Shown piece after piece: positions 7,914 to 19,100 of a stretch of 64,000 bases of DNA. Numbering within the stretch: position 1 is the first letter of the stretch; every line of letters starts with the position of its first letter. The stretch spans positions 1,344,001 to 1,408,000 of the forward strand of contig OZ242374.1 of the NCBI GenBank assembly GCA_965209055.1, given 5' to 3'. This DNA is from Acidobacteriota bacterium. Lineage in GTDB: Bacteria > Acidobacteriota > UBA6911 > RPQK01 > JAJDTT01. Below the pieces are notes generated by a model. The model saw only the letters and a list, made by a program, of their open reading frames with translations. It was not told where the DNA came from and did not search any database. The position numbers were made by a program, and so were the translations under genes.

Positions 7914-10900
7914 TTGGGTTTCGCCGGCGCTCAGGAGCCGCGAAGCAGCGTGACGGCAGCGGTTGGCCGTGCGCGAGGCAAAACCTCCCGAGCCGGGCGA
8001 GAGCCGGCCAATGATTCCCGGACACCCTGGGGCGTGTCGCGGACGTTTCGAGCGGGCGCCGTCGGATTCGGGTTCACGGTCGTTCTCGCGGGAGCCTTCG
8101 GCGTCGACGTCGCCCACGCCCAGTCCCTATCGCCATCGACGGCGTCCGTCAATGTCAACGAGCCCGACGGCACGAGCAGCTACACCATTGCGCTGTCCAG
8201 CGAACCGACCGGGAACGTCGTCTTGGCGGTGGCGAGCGGCGACACCAGCGTCGCGACGGTGAGCCCGTCGAGCCTGACCTTCACCGCCACGAACTGGAAC
8301 ACGCCGCAAGAGGTGACGGTGACGGCGGTCGACGACGACCTGGCCACGCCGGTGGTTCGGACTACGGCGATCACCCACACGGCGAGCGGCGCGAACTTCG
8401 ACGGCGTCACCGCTCAGGTGGCGGTGCAGGTGGGAAACGACGACCAGGCGGGAGTTCGGGCCGGGAGCGGTGCCTACGCGATCAACGGCGGCGAGGACAA
8501 TCAGGTCGTGATGCCCATCTGGATCACGAGCGAACCGACGGGCAACGTCACGGTGACGCTGAGCGTCGAGGACGAGACGGTGGCGAGCGTGAGTCCGGCG
8601 AGCGTGACCTTCACCCCCGCCAATTGGCGGGACCGCGTGGACATCACCATCACGGGGGTCGCCAACGACGTGCACGATCCCGACCATCGCAAGACCTCGA
8701 TCTCCTTCACGGTGAGCGGTGCGGACTACGACGGGATGACGCGCCCGGCGGTGTCAGTCACTGTGGTGGATGACGACCAGCGGACATTCAGGGTCACCGA
8801 CCAATCTTTTGCCCTCTCGGAGAACGGCGGCCACAAGGTGCTCTCCATCTGGATCACGAGCGAACCGACGGGCAACGTCACGGTGACGCTCGCGTCCCAG
8901 GACACCAGCGTGGCGACCGTGAACCCGACCAGCGTGACCTTCACCCCATCGAACTGGAAGCAGCGGGCGGAGATCACCGTCACCGCGGTCGACGACGACA
9001 TCTACAACAGGCCACAGCGAAGGACGCAGATCGTCGTCACCATCAGCGGCGCGGACTACGACATGGTGACGACCTCGCCGATAAGGGTGACGGCCGCGGA
9101 TGACGAGCCCGTTCCCGTGTCCGTGCCGGAGGGGCGGGCGTTCAGTTACGGATTGCGGACCACCCTGAGGCAGGGCGAAGGCAGCGTCTCGCTGGAGGTG
9201 ACGAGCAGCGACCCGGAGGTGGTGGCGATCGACCCCGAGACCCGGATTCTGACGTGGACCGAGGCCGCTTCGGGCACGGAAATGAGGGTGAGAGCCAGTA
9301 CGGTCGACAATGACGCCCTGGGGAACGGCTTCGCGATAATCTCCCATCGGTACACACAGCCGCGTGATCCCGACATCCCTCTCGTGCAGGGCCTTGCCAT
9401 CACCGTGACCGACGACGACGTCCCGGCCGTCACCGTCGCCCCGACAGACCTCCTCGTGGTAACGGGCGCCACCCGCACCTACAGCGTGGTCCTGGACGTG
9501 GAGCCGAACGCGGACGTGACCGTCACGGCGTCGAGCGGCAACGCCGGCGTGGCGACGGTGTTGCCCGCAAGCCTGACGTTCACGCCGTCGGACTGGAATG
9601 TCGCGCAGACGGTGACGGTCACGGGCGTTGGGGCGGGCAGCGCCGCGATTTCGCACGGGGCGAGCGGCGGCGCCTACGATGGCGCGGCCATCGACGACGT
9701 GGCCGTCACCGTCGTCGACAGTCTGAAGCGGATGGACGTGACGACGTCGGCCACGCACGATGAGATCACCCTCACCTGGCCCCGCGTCGAGGGCGCGGCC
9801 GGCTACGAACTCGAGATCCAGGGCCCGGGCGTCTTCCGCACGTCCAAGACCACGGCGAGACGCAAGGCCTGGCGGGGCCTTTCTCCCAACACACCCTATG
9901 ACCTGAGGGCAATCCCCTTGACCGGGCTTGGCCAGGACGGATCTCACGTCACCGGCTATATCTGGTGGGAGGGCACGGAGACGACGACCGGCGCGCCGGG
10001 CGAGCCCGGCCTGGTGTTCAGCCGGACCGACGTGCCGGTGGACGAGGGCTCGACGGCGGGCTACACGGTGGCGCTGGCGACCCAGCCGGGCGCCGAGGTA
10101 CTCGCGTCGATCACCGGCATGGGCCGCGGGATCGGCGCTGGTCCGGCGTCGCTGGCGTTCACGACGGCGAACTGGAGCACGGCGCAGACGGTGACGGTGA
10201 CGGCGGCCCAGGATTCGAACACGACCTCGGAGACGGTGACATTGACGCACACGGCGTCCGGCGGCGGCTACGACGGCGTGACCGGCGACGTGACGGTGCG
10301 CACGAACGACGACGACACCAGGCCGCCGCGGGGGAACCGCCCGCCCACGGTGACGGCGTCGTGCAACCCCTGCAGGGTGGCCCCGGGCGGGGAGGTGCGT
10401 CTGACGGCGTCGGCGTCGGACCCGGACGGCGACCCGCTGACTTACACGTGGAGCGCGCCGCGGGGCGGCTTCAGCGGAGCCGCCAGCGCCGCGACGGCGT
10501 TCTGGCGGGCGCCGGACGCCACCGGGACGGTCACGGTCCGAGTGGTGGTCTCCGACGGCCGGGGCGGTACGGCGTCGGCCGTCGTGACCGTCAGGGTCGT
10601 CCGGTCCAACCCTCCGCCCGGGGAGAACCGCCCGCCCACGGTAACGGCATCATGCGACCCGTGCGTGGTGGCTCCGGGCGGCGAAGCCCGTCTGACGGCC
10701 ACGGCGTCAGACCCGGAAGACGACCCGTTGACCTACAGGTGGAGCGCGCCGCAGGGCGGTTTCATGGGAGCCGCGGACGCCGCCACGGCGCGCTGGCGGG
10801 CACCGGAGGCCACCGGGCCGGTCACGATCCGAATCGAGGTCTCCGACGGCCGGGGCGGTACGGCGTCGGCCGAGGTCGTCGTCGAAGTCGTCAACGAGCC

Positions 10901-13274
10901 GCCGGTGTTCGGGGAGCCGGCCTATGCCTTCGAACTGCGCGAGAACCTGGATGGCCGCCAACGACCCGTGGCCCTCGGTCTCGTGACGGCGTCGGATCCG
11001 GACGGCGACGAGGTGACCTACGCGTTGCTGTCCGGCGACCGCGAGCGTTTCGCCATCGGGGCGCAAAACGGCGCCGTCACCTATGCCGGTCCGGGGGAGG
11101 ACTTCGAGTCGGAGCCGAACCGGTACGAGCTGACGGCCCGGGCCCGCGACCCCCACGGGGCGGAGGCGAGAGTTCCGATTGTGGTGACGGTGACCAACCT
11201 GAATGAAGCGCCGGAGGCAAAGGACGACGAGGCGCGAACGGAGGAGGACCAGCGAGTCACGGTGGACGTGCTGGCCAATGACACGGATCCGGACGGCGAC
11301 GCCCTGCACGTCGAGAGCGTCTCGGCCCCGGAGCACGGGACGGCGAGGTCCGTCTCCGGGGGCGTGGCCTATACGCCGGAGGCGAACTACCACGGAACGG
11401 ACCGGTTCACCTATGTGGTCTCCGACGGAGCCGGCGGGACGGCGGAAGCGGCCGTGGAGGTGGTCGTGGTGTCGGCGAACGATGCGCCGGTGACCGTCGG
11501 GACGATTCCGGATCAGGATCTGGACGAGGGCGGTTCGGAGGTGACGGTGGAGTTGGGCCGGTACTTCCACGACGCCGACGGGGACCCGCTGATCTTCCGC
11601 GCGTCGTCGTCGGATGCGCTGGTGGTGACGGTGGGGGTGAGCGGAGAGACGCTGACTCTGACGCCGGTGGAATACGGGAGGGCGACGGTCCGGGTGACGG
11701 GGGAGGACCCGGATGGGATGAGGGCGACGCAGACGTTCGGGGTGGGGGTGAGCGACCGGCTCGTGCGCGCGGTGGTGGAGGATACGCTGGCGGCCCTGGC
11801 GCGGTCGCATCTGGCGAGCGCACGGATGACGCTGGGGCGTCGGGCGGCGGCGGGCCCGGGGCGGCGGACCGAGCTGACGGTGATGGGACGGAGGGTGCCG
11901 CTGAGCCGGGCGGAGGCGGAGCGGTTCATGTCGGGCGGCCGGCCGTTCGCCGGCCGGTATTCGAACCCGGCGAGGCGGCCCGGGTTGGGGTCGTTTGGCG
12001 GCGGCGCGATGGGTGTGGCGCCGGGAGGAGATCCTGAGTGCCCGATGGGGCCGGGCGCCGGTGCGCAGCGGGACTGCGCCGGGAGGCGCGGGAGGCCGGG
12101 AAGCCCTGTCGGGTACGGAGGAGACGGTCTGGGGCCGGACCGGTGGCTGAGCGGCACGGAGTTCGTGGTGGCTTGGGGCGGAGGCGAGGCGGCGGACGAA
12201 CCGGCGCGTCCCGGGAGGCGCTGGCAGGTGTGGGGCCAGGGGGACCTCCAGACGTTTCAAGGGGCGCGGTCGGCGGCGGTGGGCTACGGCGGCGACCTGC
12301 GGACCGGGTACTTGGGACTGGACACGTGGCTGTCGGAGAGCTGGTTGGCGGGAGTGGCGCTGGCGCGCAGTCAGGGATCGGGCGACTGGCGCGTGGGCGG
12401 GTCGAGCGGCTCGCTGGCGGCAACGCTGACGGCGGTGCACCCGTACCTGCACTGGTCGGACGGGAGGACGTCGTTCTCGGCGCTGGGCGGCGGAGGCTGG
12501 GGCGAAGTGGAGAACGTGCGGCGGAGCGGTCGCCTGGGAACCAGCGGTCTGGGCCTGGGACTGGGACTGGTGGAGGTGCGGCGGCGCTACGGCGCGGCGG
12601 GCGGCCGGGCCGAGATCGGTCTGCGGGGGGACGCGGCGTGGGCGCGGCTGGCCACCGGGGCGGGGGAGGAGACCATCGACGCGCACCGGGTGGGGGTCAG
12701 CCAGGCGCGCTTCGGCACGGACGTGTCGCGTCCGGTGCGGATGAAAAACGGACTGGCGCTGGCGCCGTTCGTCGAGGCGCACGTGCGGCGCGACGGCGGG
12801 GCGGGACAGACGGGGACCGGCCTGGAGTTGGCCGGCGGCCTGCGGGCGGCTGGGGGCCGGGTGCGCGTCGACGCCCAGGGGCGGATGCTGGTGCTGCATT
12901 CGGCCGCGGGATATCGCGAGCGAGGAGTCGGGGTGACGCTCAGCGTGGGGAGCCGGCACCAAGGCCTGTCGCTGTCGCTGTCGCCGCGCTGGGGAGATCA
13001 GGCCAACGGCGGCGGCAGACTCTGGCAGGAGCAGGTCTACCGCGGCTACCGGGGCGGCGCCGAACCGGCCGACTGGGGCGTGGACGCCGGCGCCGGCTAT
13101 GCGGTGCGGCTGCGGCCCGACCGCCTGCTGACCTGGTTCTGCTCCTACAGCCAGTCATCGTACGGACCCGGCCTGGTCGTCGGAGTCCGGGTCGGCGGTT
13201 CCGGTGACCGGCTGTCCCACCCGGCCCCGGCGAGAAACGCCGTCTACGGGTCGCCCGGTCCGGGCATGCGATAG
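7914..13274 (+). CDS. Large autotransporter-type adhesin (Calx-beta/Ig-like repeats, FN3, PKD-like, cadherin, Big_9-like domains, C-terminal beta-barrel); start uncertain
   Basis: Signal peptide ending VAHA-Q; repeated LTFT.(N/D)W..Q.VTVT, NRPP..ASDPDGD.LTY.W, cadherin-like PVFGEPAYAFELREN, VDVLANDTDPDGD; barrel with VWGQGD and RRDGG..TGTGLE. Confidence 0.85.
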   Translation: MGFAGAQEPRSSVTAAVGRARGKTSRAGREPANDSRTPWGVSRTFRAGAVGFGFTVVLAGAFGVDVAHAQSLSPSTASVNVNEPDGTSSYTIALSSEPTGNVVLAVASGDTSVATVSPSSLTFTATNWNTPQEVTVTAVDDDLATPVVRTTAITHTASGANFDGVTAQVAVQVGNDDQAGVRAGSGAYAINGGEDNQVVMPIWITSEPTGNVTVTLSVEDETVASVSPASVTFTPANWRDRVDITITGVANDVHDPDHRKTSISFTVSGADYDGMTRPAVSVTVVDDDQRTFRVTDQSFALSENGGHKVLSIWITSEPTGNVTVTLASQDTSVATVNPTSVTFTPSNWKQRAEITVTAVDDDIYNRPQRRTQIVVTISGADYDMVTTSPIRVTAADDEPVPVSVPEGRAFSYGLRTTLRQGEGSVSLEVTSSDPEVVAIDPETRILTWTEAASGTEMRVRASTVDNDALGNGFAIISHRYTQPRDPDIPLVQGLAITVTDDDVPAVTVAPTDLLVVTGATRTYSVVLDVEPNADVTVTASSGNAGVATVLPASLTFTPSDWNVAQTVTVTGVGAGSAAISHGASGGAYDGAAIDDVAVTVVDSLKRMDVTTSATHDEITLTWPRVEGAAGYELEIQGPGVFRTSKTTARRKAWRGLSPNTPYDLRAIPLTGLGQDGSHVTGYIWWEGTETTTGAPGEPGLVFSRTDVPVDEGSTAGYTVALATQPGAEVLASITGMGRGIGAGPASLAFTTANWSTAQTVTVTAAQDSNTTSETVTLTHTASGGGYDGVTGDVTVRTNDDDTRPPRGNRPPTVTASCNPCRVAPGGEVRLTASASDPDGDPLTYTWSAPRGGFSGAASAATAFWRAPDATGTVTVRVVVSDGRGGTASAVVTVRVVRSNPPPGENRPPTVTASCDPCVVAPGGEARLTATASDPEDDPLTYRWSAPQGGFMGAADAATARWRAPEATGPVTIRIEVSDGRGGTASAEVVVEVVNEPPVFGEPAYAFELRENLDGRQRPVALGLVTASDPDGDEVTYALLSGDRERFAIGAQNGAVTYAGPGEDFESEPNRYELTARARDPHGAEARVPIVVTVTNLNEAPEAKDDEARTEEDQRVTVDVLANDTDPDGDALHVESVSAPEHGTARSVSGGVAYTPEANYHGTDRFTYVVSDGAGGTAEAAVEVVVVSANDAPVTVGTIPDQDLDEGGSEVTVELGRYFHDADGDPLIFRASSSDALVVTVGVSGETLTLTPVEYGRATVRVTGEDPDGMRATQTFGVGVSDRLVRAVVEDTLAALARSHLASARMTLGRRAAAGPGRRTELTVMGRRVPLSRAEAERFMSGGRPFAGRYSNPARRPGLGSFGGGAMGVAPGGDPECPMGPGAGAQRDCAGRRGRPGSPVGYGGDGLGPDRWLSGTEFVVAWGGGEAADEPARPGRRWQVWGQGDLQTFQGARSAAVGYGGDLRTGYLGLDTWLSESWLAGVALARSQGSGDWRVGGSSGSLAATLTAVHPYLHWSDGRTSFSALGGGGWGEVENVRRSGRLGTSGLGLGLGLVEVRRRYGAAGGRAEIGLRGDAAWARLATGAGEETIDAHRVGVSQARFGTDVSRPVRMKNGLALAPFVEAHVRRDGGAGQTGTGLELAGGLRAAGGRVRVDAQGRMLVLHSAAGYRERGVGVTLSVGSRHQGLSLSLSPRWGDQANGGGRLWQEQVYRGYRGGAEPADWGVDAGAGYAVRLRPDRLLTWFCSYSQSSYGPGLVVGVRVGGSGDRLSHPAPARNAVYGSPGPGMR

Positions 13275-15598
13275 CCGACGCCGCGCACGTTGAAGATGTA
13301 GGTTGGGTCGGCCGCGGCGTCCCCCAGCTTGCGGCGAAGCCTCCTGATAACCGCGCGCACCAACGCCGGGTCGCCGTAGCCCCGGTCCCGCCCGCTCCAC
13401 GCCCGGCGGAGCAGGGAACCGTAGGCCACGACGCGCCCCGCCTTTTCCGAGAGCATGCGGAGCACTTCAAACTCGGTCGCCGTCAACTCCACGACACGCC
13501 CGGCCACGGTGACTTGGCGATCGTCGTAGCCGATGGACAACTCCCCGAGCTGGAAGGGTTCGGCAAAGGATCCCCGCCGCAGCGCCGCCCGCACCCGCGC
13601 CGTCAACTCCGTCGGCGAAAAGGGCTTGACGATGTAGTCTGCGGCTCCCGAATCCAGGGCCTTGGCGATGGTCTCTTCCCTTCCGTAGGCCGATATGAAT
13701 ATGACCGGCAGGTCCTCCATCTCGGCGACGCGCTCCATCAATTGAATGCCGTCGATGCCGGGCAGCAGCAGATCCAAGAGGACCAGTTGGGGTTTGTGCG
13801 TCCGCATGAGACCGGGTAGCTCCCGCGGATCGCCCGTGACCAGTGGCGTGTAGCCGGCCACGGTAAGCACGTCCCGAATGTAGTGCAGTATCTGCGGATC
13901 GTCGCCCAACACGAGGATCCCGCCCCGCTCTCGTGCTCGGTGATTCGTGATTGACCGGCTGCGGGTGGCGCTCCCCCCGATTCCTTCGGCCACGGGCAAC
14001 GTGAAGGTGAACTGCGTGCCCCGGCCCACCCCGCCGCTCTCGGCCCAGATGCGGCCTCCATGCGCCTCCACGAGCCCCTTGCAGATGACCAGGCCGAGCC
14101 CGGTAGCGGCGCGGCCCCGGCCGCCGGCCGCGAGGCCGGTGTATTTCTGGAACAGGTATGGCAACCGGTCCTCCGGCACTCCCTCGCCCTCGTCGGCGAC
14201 CGAGACCGCCACGTGAAGACCCTCCCGCACCGCGGCGACCCGGATCGGAAACGCATCGAACGAGTGCCGGGCCGCGTTGGACAAGAGGTTGTTCAGCACC
14301 TGCACGATGCGCCGCCGGTCGGCCATCACCGGAGGCAGATCTTCCGGCAGGTCGATGCGAACCGCGTGCCGGCTTCCGATGCTCAGGAACGTGTTCTTGG
14401 CCTGGTCTACCAAGCCGGCCAACTCCGCCGGCTCGGGCGAGACCGACAGCGTGCCCGCCTCGATGCGTCCCTGATCCAACAGGTCGCCGATCAGGCCGCG
14501 CATGTGATCGGCCTGCTCGTCGATGACCCGGAAGAACTGCAGCATCTCGGCCGGACCCGGAACCGGTGCGGTGCCCAGCACGGTGGCCGTTGAGCCTTTG
14601 ATCGAGATCAGTGGCGTCCGCAGTTCGTGGCTCACCATGTTCAGAAACTGGGCCCGCATCCGCTCCAGCTCCTCCAGCGGCGCCAGATCCTGCATGGTGA
14701 CGACCAGCGACTCGACCCTGCCGTCCGCCGACCGGATCGGCGTCGCGTTGAGCAGCGTCCTCACGCTGCGGCCGTCGGGGACCGAAAGCACGATCTCCTC
14801 GGCGCGCACCGTCTCCACGTCGTTCCGCCACTGTGTCGCCAACGGGAATTCCGCCAGCGCGATCTCTCGCCCGTCGGCGCGGCGGCACGTCATGATCTCC
14901 AGCAGTTGCTCCACGGAACCACCCGGCATCTGCAGGCCCCCGACAATCCGTTTCGCCTCCCGGTTGAACGACACCGGATCACCGGTCTTCGCGTCGAAGA
15001 CCACCACCCCGACCGGTGAAGTGTCGACCAGGGCCTTAAGATCGGCCCGGGCGCGCTGCTCGTCCCGGTAGATCCGTGCGTTGGCGATCGCCGCCGCCGC
15101 CTGCGCCGCGAACAGGACGAGGACCTCTTCGTCCTCACTCGTGAACTCCCGTCCACCCTCTTTCTCAGCGAGAAAGAAGGTGCCCACGTGCGCGCCGCGA
15201 TGGCGCATCGGCGTTGCCTGCAGGGTCCGATACGGCAGCAGCTCGGTGGAAAAGCCCAGCGATCGGACGTAGCCGGGCAGGTCCGCGATCCTCACCGGGC
15301 CCGGAAGGTCCCGGAGGTACTCGAAGAGCCGCCGCCCGTCAGGCCACTCCGCCAGGTTCCGCTCCTCATCCGCCGGTATGCCGGAACTCACGAACTCCTG
15401 GGGGTGACCCGCCCTGTCGACGGTGGTGATCACTCCGTGGCAAGCGGAGGTCAGGGAGCGGGCGCTGTCGACGGCCTCCTGCAGGACAGTGGCGAGATCG
15501 AGACTCGAGCTGGCGCGAAGCACCGCCGCGTACAGCCTGGATACGCGCTCCCGCAACGCCTCGATTTCCGGCCGAATCTGGTCAGAATCCTTCTTCAT
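13244..15598 (-). CDS. Cytoplasmic hybrid sensor kinase/response regulator: GAF-PAS-HisKA-HATPase-REC-OmpR-type winged helix
   Basis: SHELRTPL H-box, NLLSNA, DEGEG, GLGL; REC LVLLDLLLPGIDG..KPF; C-terminal LTATEF..LRRKLG..NVRGVGY; G-rich RBS before ATG 15598. Confidence 0.9.
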   Translation of the reverse strand: MKKDSDQIRPEIEALRERVSRLYAAVLRASSSLDLATVLQEAVDSARSLTSACHGVITTVDRAGHPQEFVSSGIPADEERNLAEWPDGRRLFEYLRDLPGPVRIADLPGYVRSLGFSTELLPYRTLQATPMRHRGAHVGTFFLAEKEGGREFTSEDEEVLVLFAAQAAAAIANARIYRDEQRARADLKALVDTSPVGVVVFDAKTGDPVSFNREAKRIVGGLQMPGGSVEQLLEIMTCRRADGREIALAEFPLATQWRNDVETVRAEEIVLSVPDGRSVRTLLNATPIRSADGRVESLVVTMQDLAPLEELERMRAQFLNMVSHELRTPLISIKGSTATVLGTAPVPGPAEMLQFFRVIDEQADHMRGLIGDLLDQGRIEAGTLSVSPEPAELAGLVDQAKNTFLSIGSRHAVRIDLPEDLPPVMADRRRIVQVLNNLLSNAARHSFDAFPIRVAAVREGLHVAVSVADEGEGVPEDRLPYLFQKYTGLAAGGRGRAATGLGLVICKGLVEAHGGRIWAESGGVGRGTQFTFTLPVAEGIGGSATRSRSITNHRARERGGILVLGDDPQILHYIRDVLTVAGYTPLVTGDPRELPGLMRTHKPQLVLLDLLLPGIDGIQLMERVAEMEDLPVIFISAYGREETIAKALDSGAADYIVKPFSPTELTARVRAALRRGSFAEPFQLGELSIGYDDRQVTVAGRVVELTATEFEVLRMLSEKAGRVVAYGSLLRRAWSGRDRGYGDPALVRAVIRRLRRKLGDAAADPTYIFNVRGVGYRMPGPGDP

Positions 15599-15670
15599 TG
15601 TCCCCCCTGATCGATGTCCCGGTGCGCCTCGGCTTGCGGCCAACGGGCCGGGCACCGCGCAGTTGGCCAA

Positions 15671-15722
15671 AATACCACGGTATTATCACAAACAGAACGT
15701 GATCTATCCTTATAATATCACG
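15671..15722. promoter_or_regulatory. AT-rich divergent promoter region with two inverted repeats
   Basis: AATACC-ac-GGTATT (15671-15684) and CGTGAT-N13-ATCACG (15698-15722) enclosing TATAAT (15711-15716). Confidence 0.45.
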
Positions 15723-16158
15723 AATGGGTCGGTATCATAGGCCTTAATGGCGTTGCTTGATCCTCTCCTGGTCTGCAGCCGGAAGATGCACCGACCGCTC
15801 GTGGCGGCGAGACCTCGGACAAGTAGAGCCTTCGATGGGCCGGCAGGTGTTCTCGTCACAAGGTGGTTTCCACTCTCTCTCCGCCTTCCTTCCCGAGCCG
15901 CTGCCGGCCCTCCAGTTGGGCGGCGGCGAGTCAACCGGGTCAAGCTCCCGAGTGCTAGCGTCCTCTAATTTGATCCGGCCTCCAGCCACTTGCTGCCGCC
16001 CCCCCGGATCCGGCGGGAATCCGTCATGGGCAGAAGGTCGAACATGGGCTGAAAAGAAGAAGGAAGGTCCCGATTCACTTGGCACTCACTACGACGATGG
16101 CAACAACAAGCCAGTCACTCTCGACTTGCGAGATCCTGAAATCGAGGGGGGAGCTGCG

Positions 16159-19100
16159 ATGAACTGCCCAAATGGATCGATCGGGAGCATTCTCTTTTTG
16201 AAGACCGCCGGATCGAAGATCTTCAAGGCCGGCGTGCTGACCCTGGCCACCCTGACCGTCCCCGGCACATTTGCGGCGGACACGCCGACGAACTCCATCA
16301 AAGAGGTTTCGACCACGGTGCGCAATCAGATCCTCGTGGAACTCCGGCCCGGGGACACCACTCCCGCCAACCTGTTCGACCTGAACGCGAAAACGCTGGT
16401 CTTTACGCCGGACGGCGGCGGACAGTATTCCCGAGAGATCACAGCCCTCCAGTGGGAGGAAGACATCGGAATGCCGGTGGGCGACGGGGACAGGATTTCG
16501 CTGGAGAACTTTGACTTCGATTTTGCCGGTCAGAGGTGGGACGCTTTTTTTGTCAACAGCCATGGCGTGGTGACTTTCGGAGGACCGCTGAGGGAACCCT
16601 GGTGGGGTGGCGAGCCGCTCCGCGAAATCGCCAACCGTTTCATCACGGCTCCGACCATCAGTCCACTGTTCTGGCCGGTTGTGCGCTGGAACGTCGTCAA
16701 TGTGGTCAAGTGGGCGTACAACGCCTCGCTCCTGAATGTCGCACATTGGCCGGACCGGGTGGTTGTGACATGGATCACGACATACAGCAACTATTGGGTG
16801 CATGACGTCCCACCGGAGAGACCCGCCCGAGTCCAAGCCGTTTTGCGGGCCGATGGCAAAATCGTGTTCAGCTATGTCGACGTCAGTTTCGACCATGGCA
16901 TCGTTGGCGTGTTTCCGGACTCCGGAACCCAGCCTGCAACGATCGATCTGTCGCAATCCGACAGCCGTGTCTTGCGGACGCCCGGTGAGGTATTTCATTA
17001 CCCAAGCCGGCCTGATCTTGGTGAAATCTCCTGCCGCATCATTGACGCTCTCGGGGACAACTTCGATCTTTTCGTCTTCCACAGCGCGTCCCCCTTCGAT
17101 GGAGACGGGCAATCGTGGTGTTCCGTCGGAGAACATGCCCAAGGAATCGGGTTGCGGGGTCCTCCTTCGTCCCATCTGCCGTGTGGCGAAAGTCGTGTCA
17201 AGGGCCAAATGTGCAATGTCCTGTGGATGCAGTCTCACAATGTCTTCGATGCGAGAAGGAACCGCCCGTTCAGAGGCGCCAAGTACATCTTCACCCACGA
17301 AGTTGCGCACACTTGGGGTGCTTTTGTCTCGTACGACAGGGACGGGCAGCGCCAGCAGTTGTCCGAAGGTCCCCACTGGCCGCGTTGGCTTCATACGCCG
17401 GCAGCATTCCATCCCCCCGGCAATCCGGCGGATTTCGGCTTTTCCGTTCTGGGCGGTTTTTATTGGCGCGACAACGGGGACGGCACGTACACGTCCGAAT
17501 TCGGCCGATGGGGCAACCTCGCCTTCTCCTGGCTCGACCTCTATCTCATGGGATTGGCGGCGGCGAGCGAAGTTCCGGATCTGTTCATCCTGCGCAACCC
17601 GAAGCCGGTGGACGGCAGGAGACCCACGTACAGGGCAGAAAAAGAGACCATTTCAATCGAGCAGATCATCGCGGCCGAAGGCCCGAGGAAACCAAGCGCG
17701 GCACAGTCGCAAAAGGACTTCAACGCCGGGTTCGTCTATTTGCTGGAGGCGGGTCAGGCTCCCTCCGGGAGTCTGCTGGATCTACATGCGAGGCAGCGCG
17801 ATGAGGTGGTCGACCATTGGGCCCTCATCACAGGCGGAAGATCCCGGCTCACCACCAGTGTCGGACCCCGGATCACCAAGGAATTTTCGCATTTTGCCAA
17901 CGGCGCATGGAACGACCAATCCACCACCTCCGATCTGGTGCTGTTGAATGTCGCCCCCTCGACGGTCTCGCCGACCGTCTACTTCTACAATCCGATGGGA
18001 GAACTCATCGACCCGAGTCAAGTGGTGGACGTGACTGACGATCTTGAGACCACGGCGGACGGAGGCGTCACGGCGGCGATCGTGTCCTCCGGAGAGTTGA
18101 CGATCCCGACCCACGGACGAGGGCCGTTGGTGACCGGCTCGGTGAAGGTGATCTCCGACGGTCTCATCGGCGGAGTCCTGCGCTTCAACGACTCGGTGGC
18201 CGGCGTCGCCGGCGTGGGGGCAGGACGTCCCGTCAACGATGCCGTCTTCCCCGCCCGCCGCCAAGTGGGCGGCATCAACACCGGGGCGGCGATTCGGAAC
18301 CCGGAAACGGAGCCGATGACGGTGACCTGCCGGTTGATGCAAGGGGGCGAAGTGTTGGAGACGGCGAAGATCAAGCTCGAGGGCGACGGGCAGAAGGCGC
18401 GGTTCATCCACGAGTTGTTTCCGGACACCGATACATCCGACTTCGTGGGCTCGGTGCGTTGCGCCGCGCCTCCGGGCAAGAAGTTCACCGGAGTCGCCTT
18501 GGAGCTGGACGCCGCCAGCCGGATCTTCACCACGCTGCCTCTGATACCGGTGGGGGATGTTCATCAGGATACCAACCTGCACTTCGCGCACTTCGCCGCC
18601 GGGGACGCCATCACCTCCGACCTGGTGTTGGTGAACGTGGGTGCGGCCGCCGTCCGGCCGGCCATCTATTTTCACGATCCCCAAGGCCGTCTCGTGGAGG
18701 CCGCAACGGTCGTGGACGTGACCGGCGATCTGATAATCACCGACGAAGGCGCCCTGACCCTCGGGACGGGGAAGATCCCGCCCCTGGGCGAGTGGACGGT
18801 TTCCACCGTCGGGACCGGAAAACTGACGGTCGGCTCGGTGAAGGTCGTCTCCGACGGTCCCCTCGGTGGGGTGCTGCGCTTCGACTCTCCGTCCGGCGTG
18901 GCCGGCGTGGGGGCCAGTCAGCCGGTTGCAGCGGCCGTGTTTCCGGCCCGCCGCCAAGTGGGCGGCATCAACACCGGGGCGGCGATTCGGAACCTGGAAA
19001 CGGAGCCGATGACGGTGACCTGCCAATTGATGAAAAAGGGGGTGGTGCTCGAACGGAGGGAGCTCGCGTTGAAGGGCAACGGCCAAGCGGCTCGATTCGT

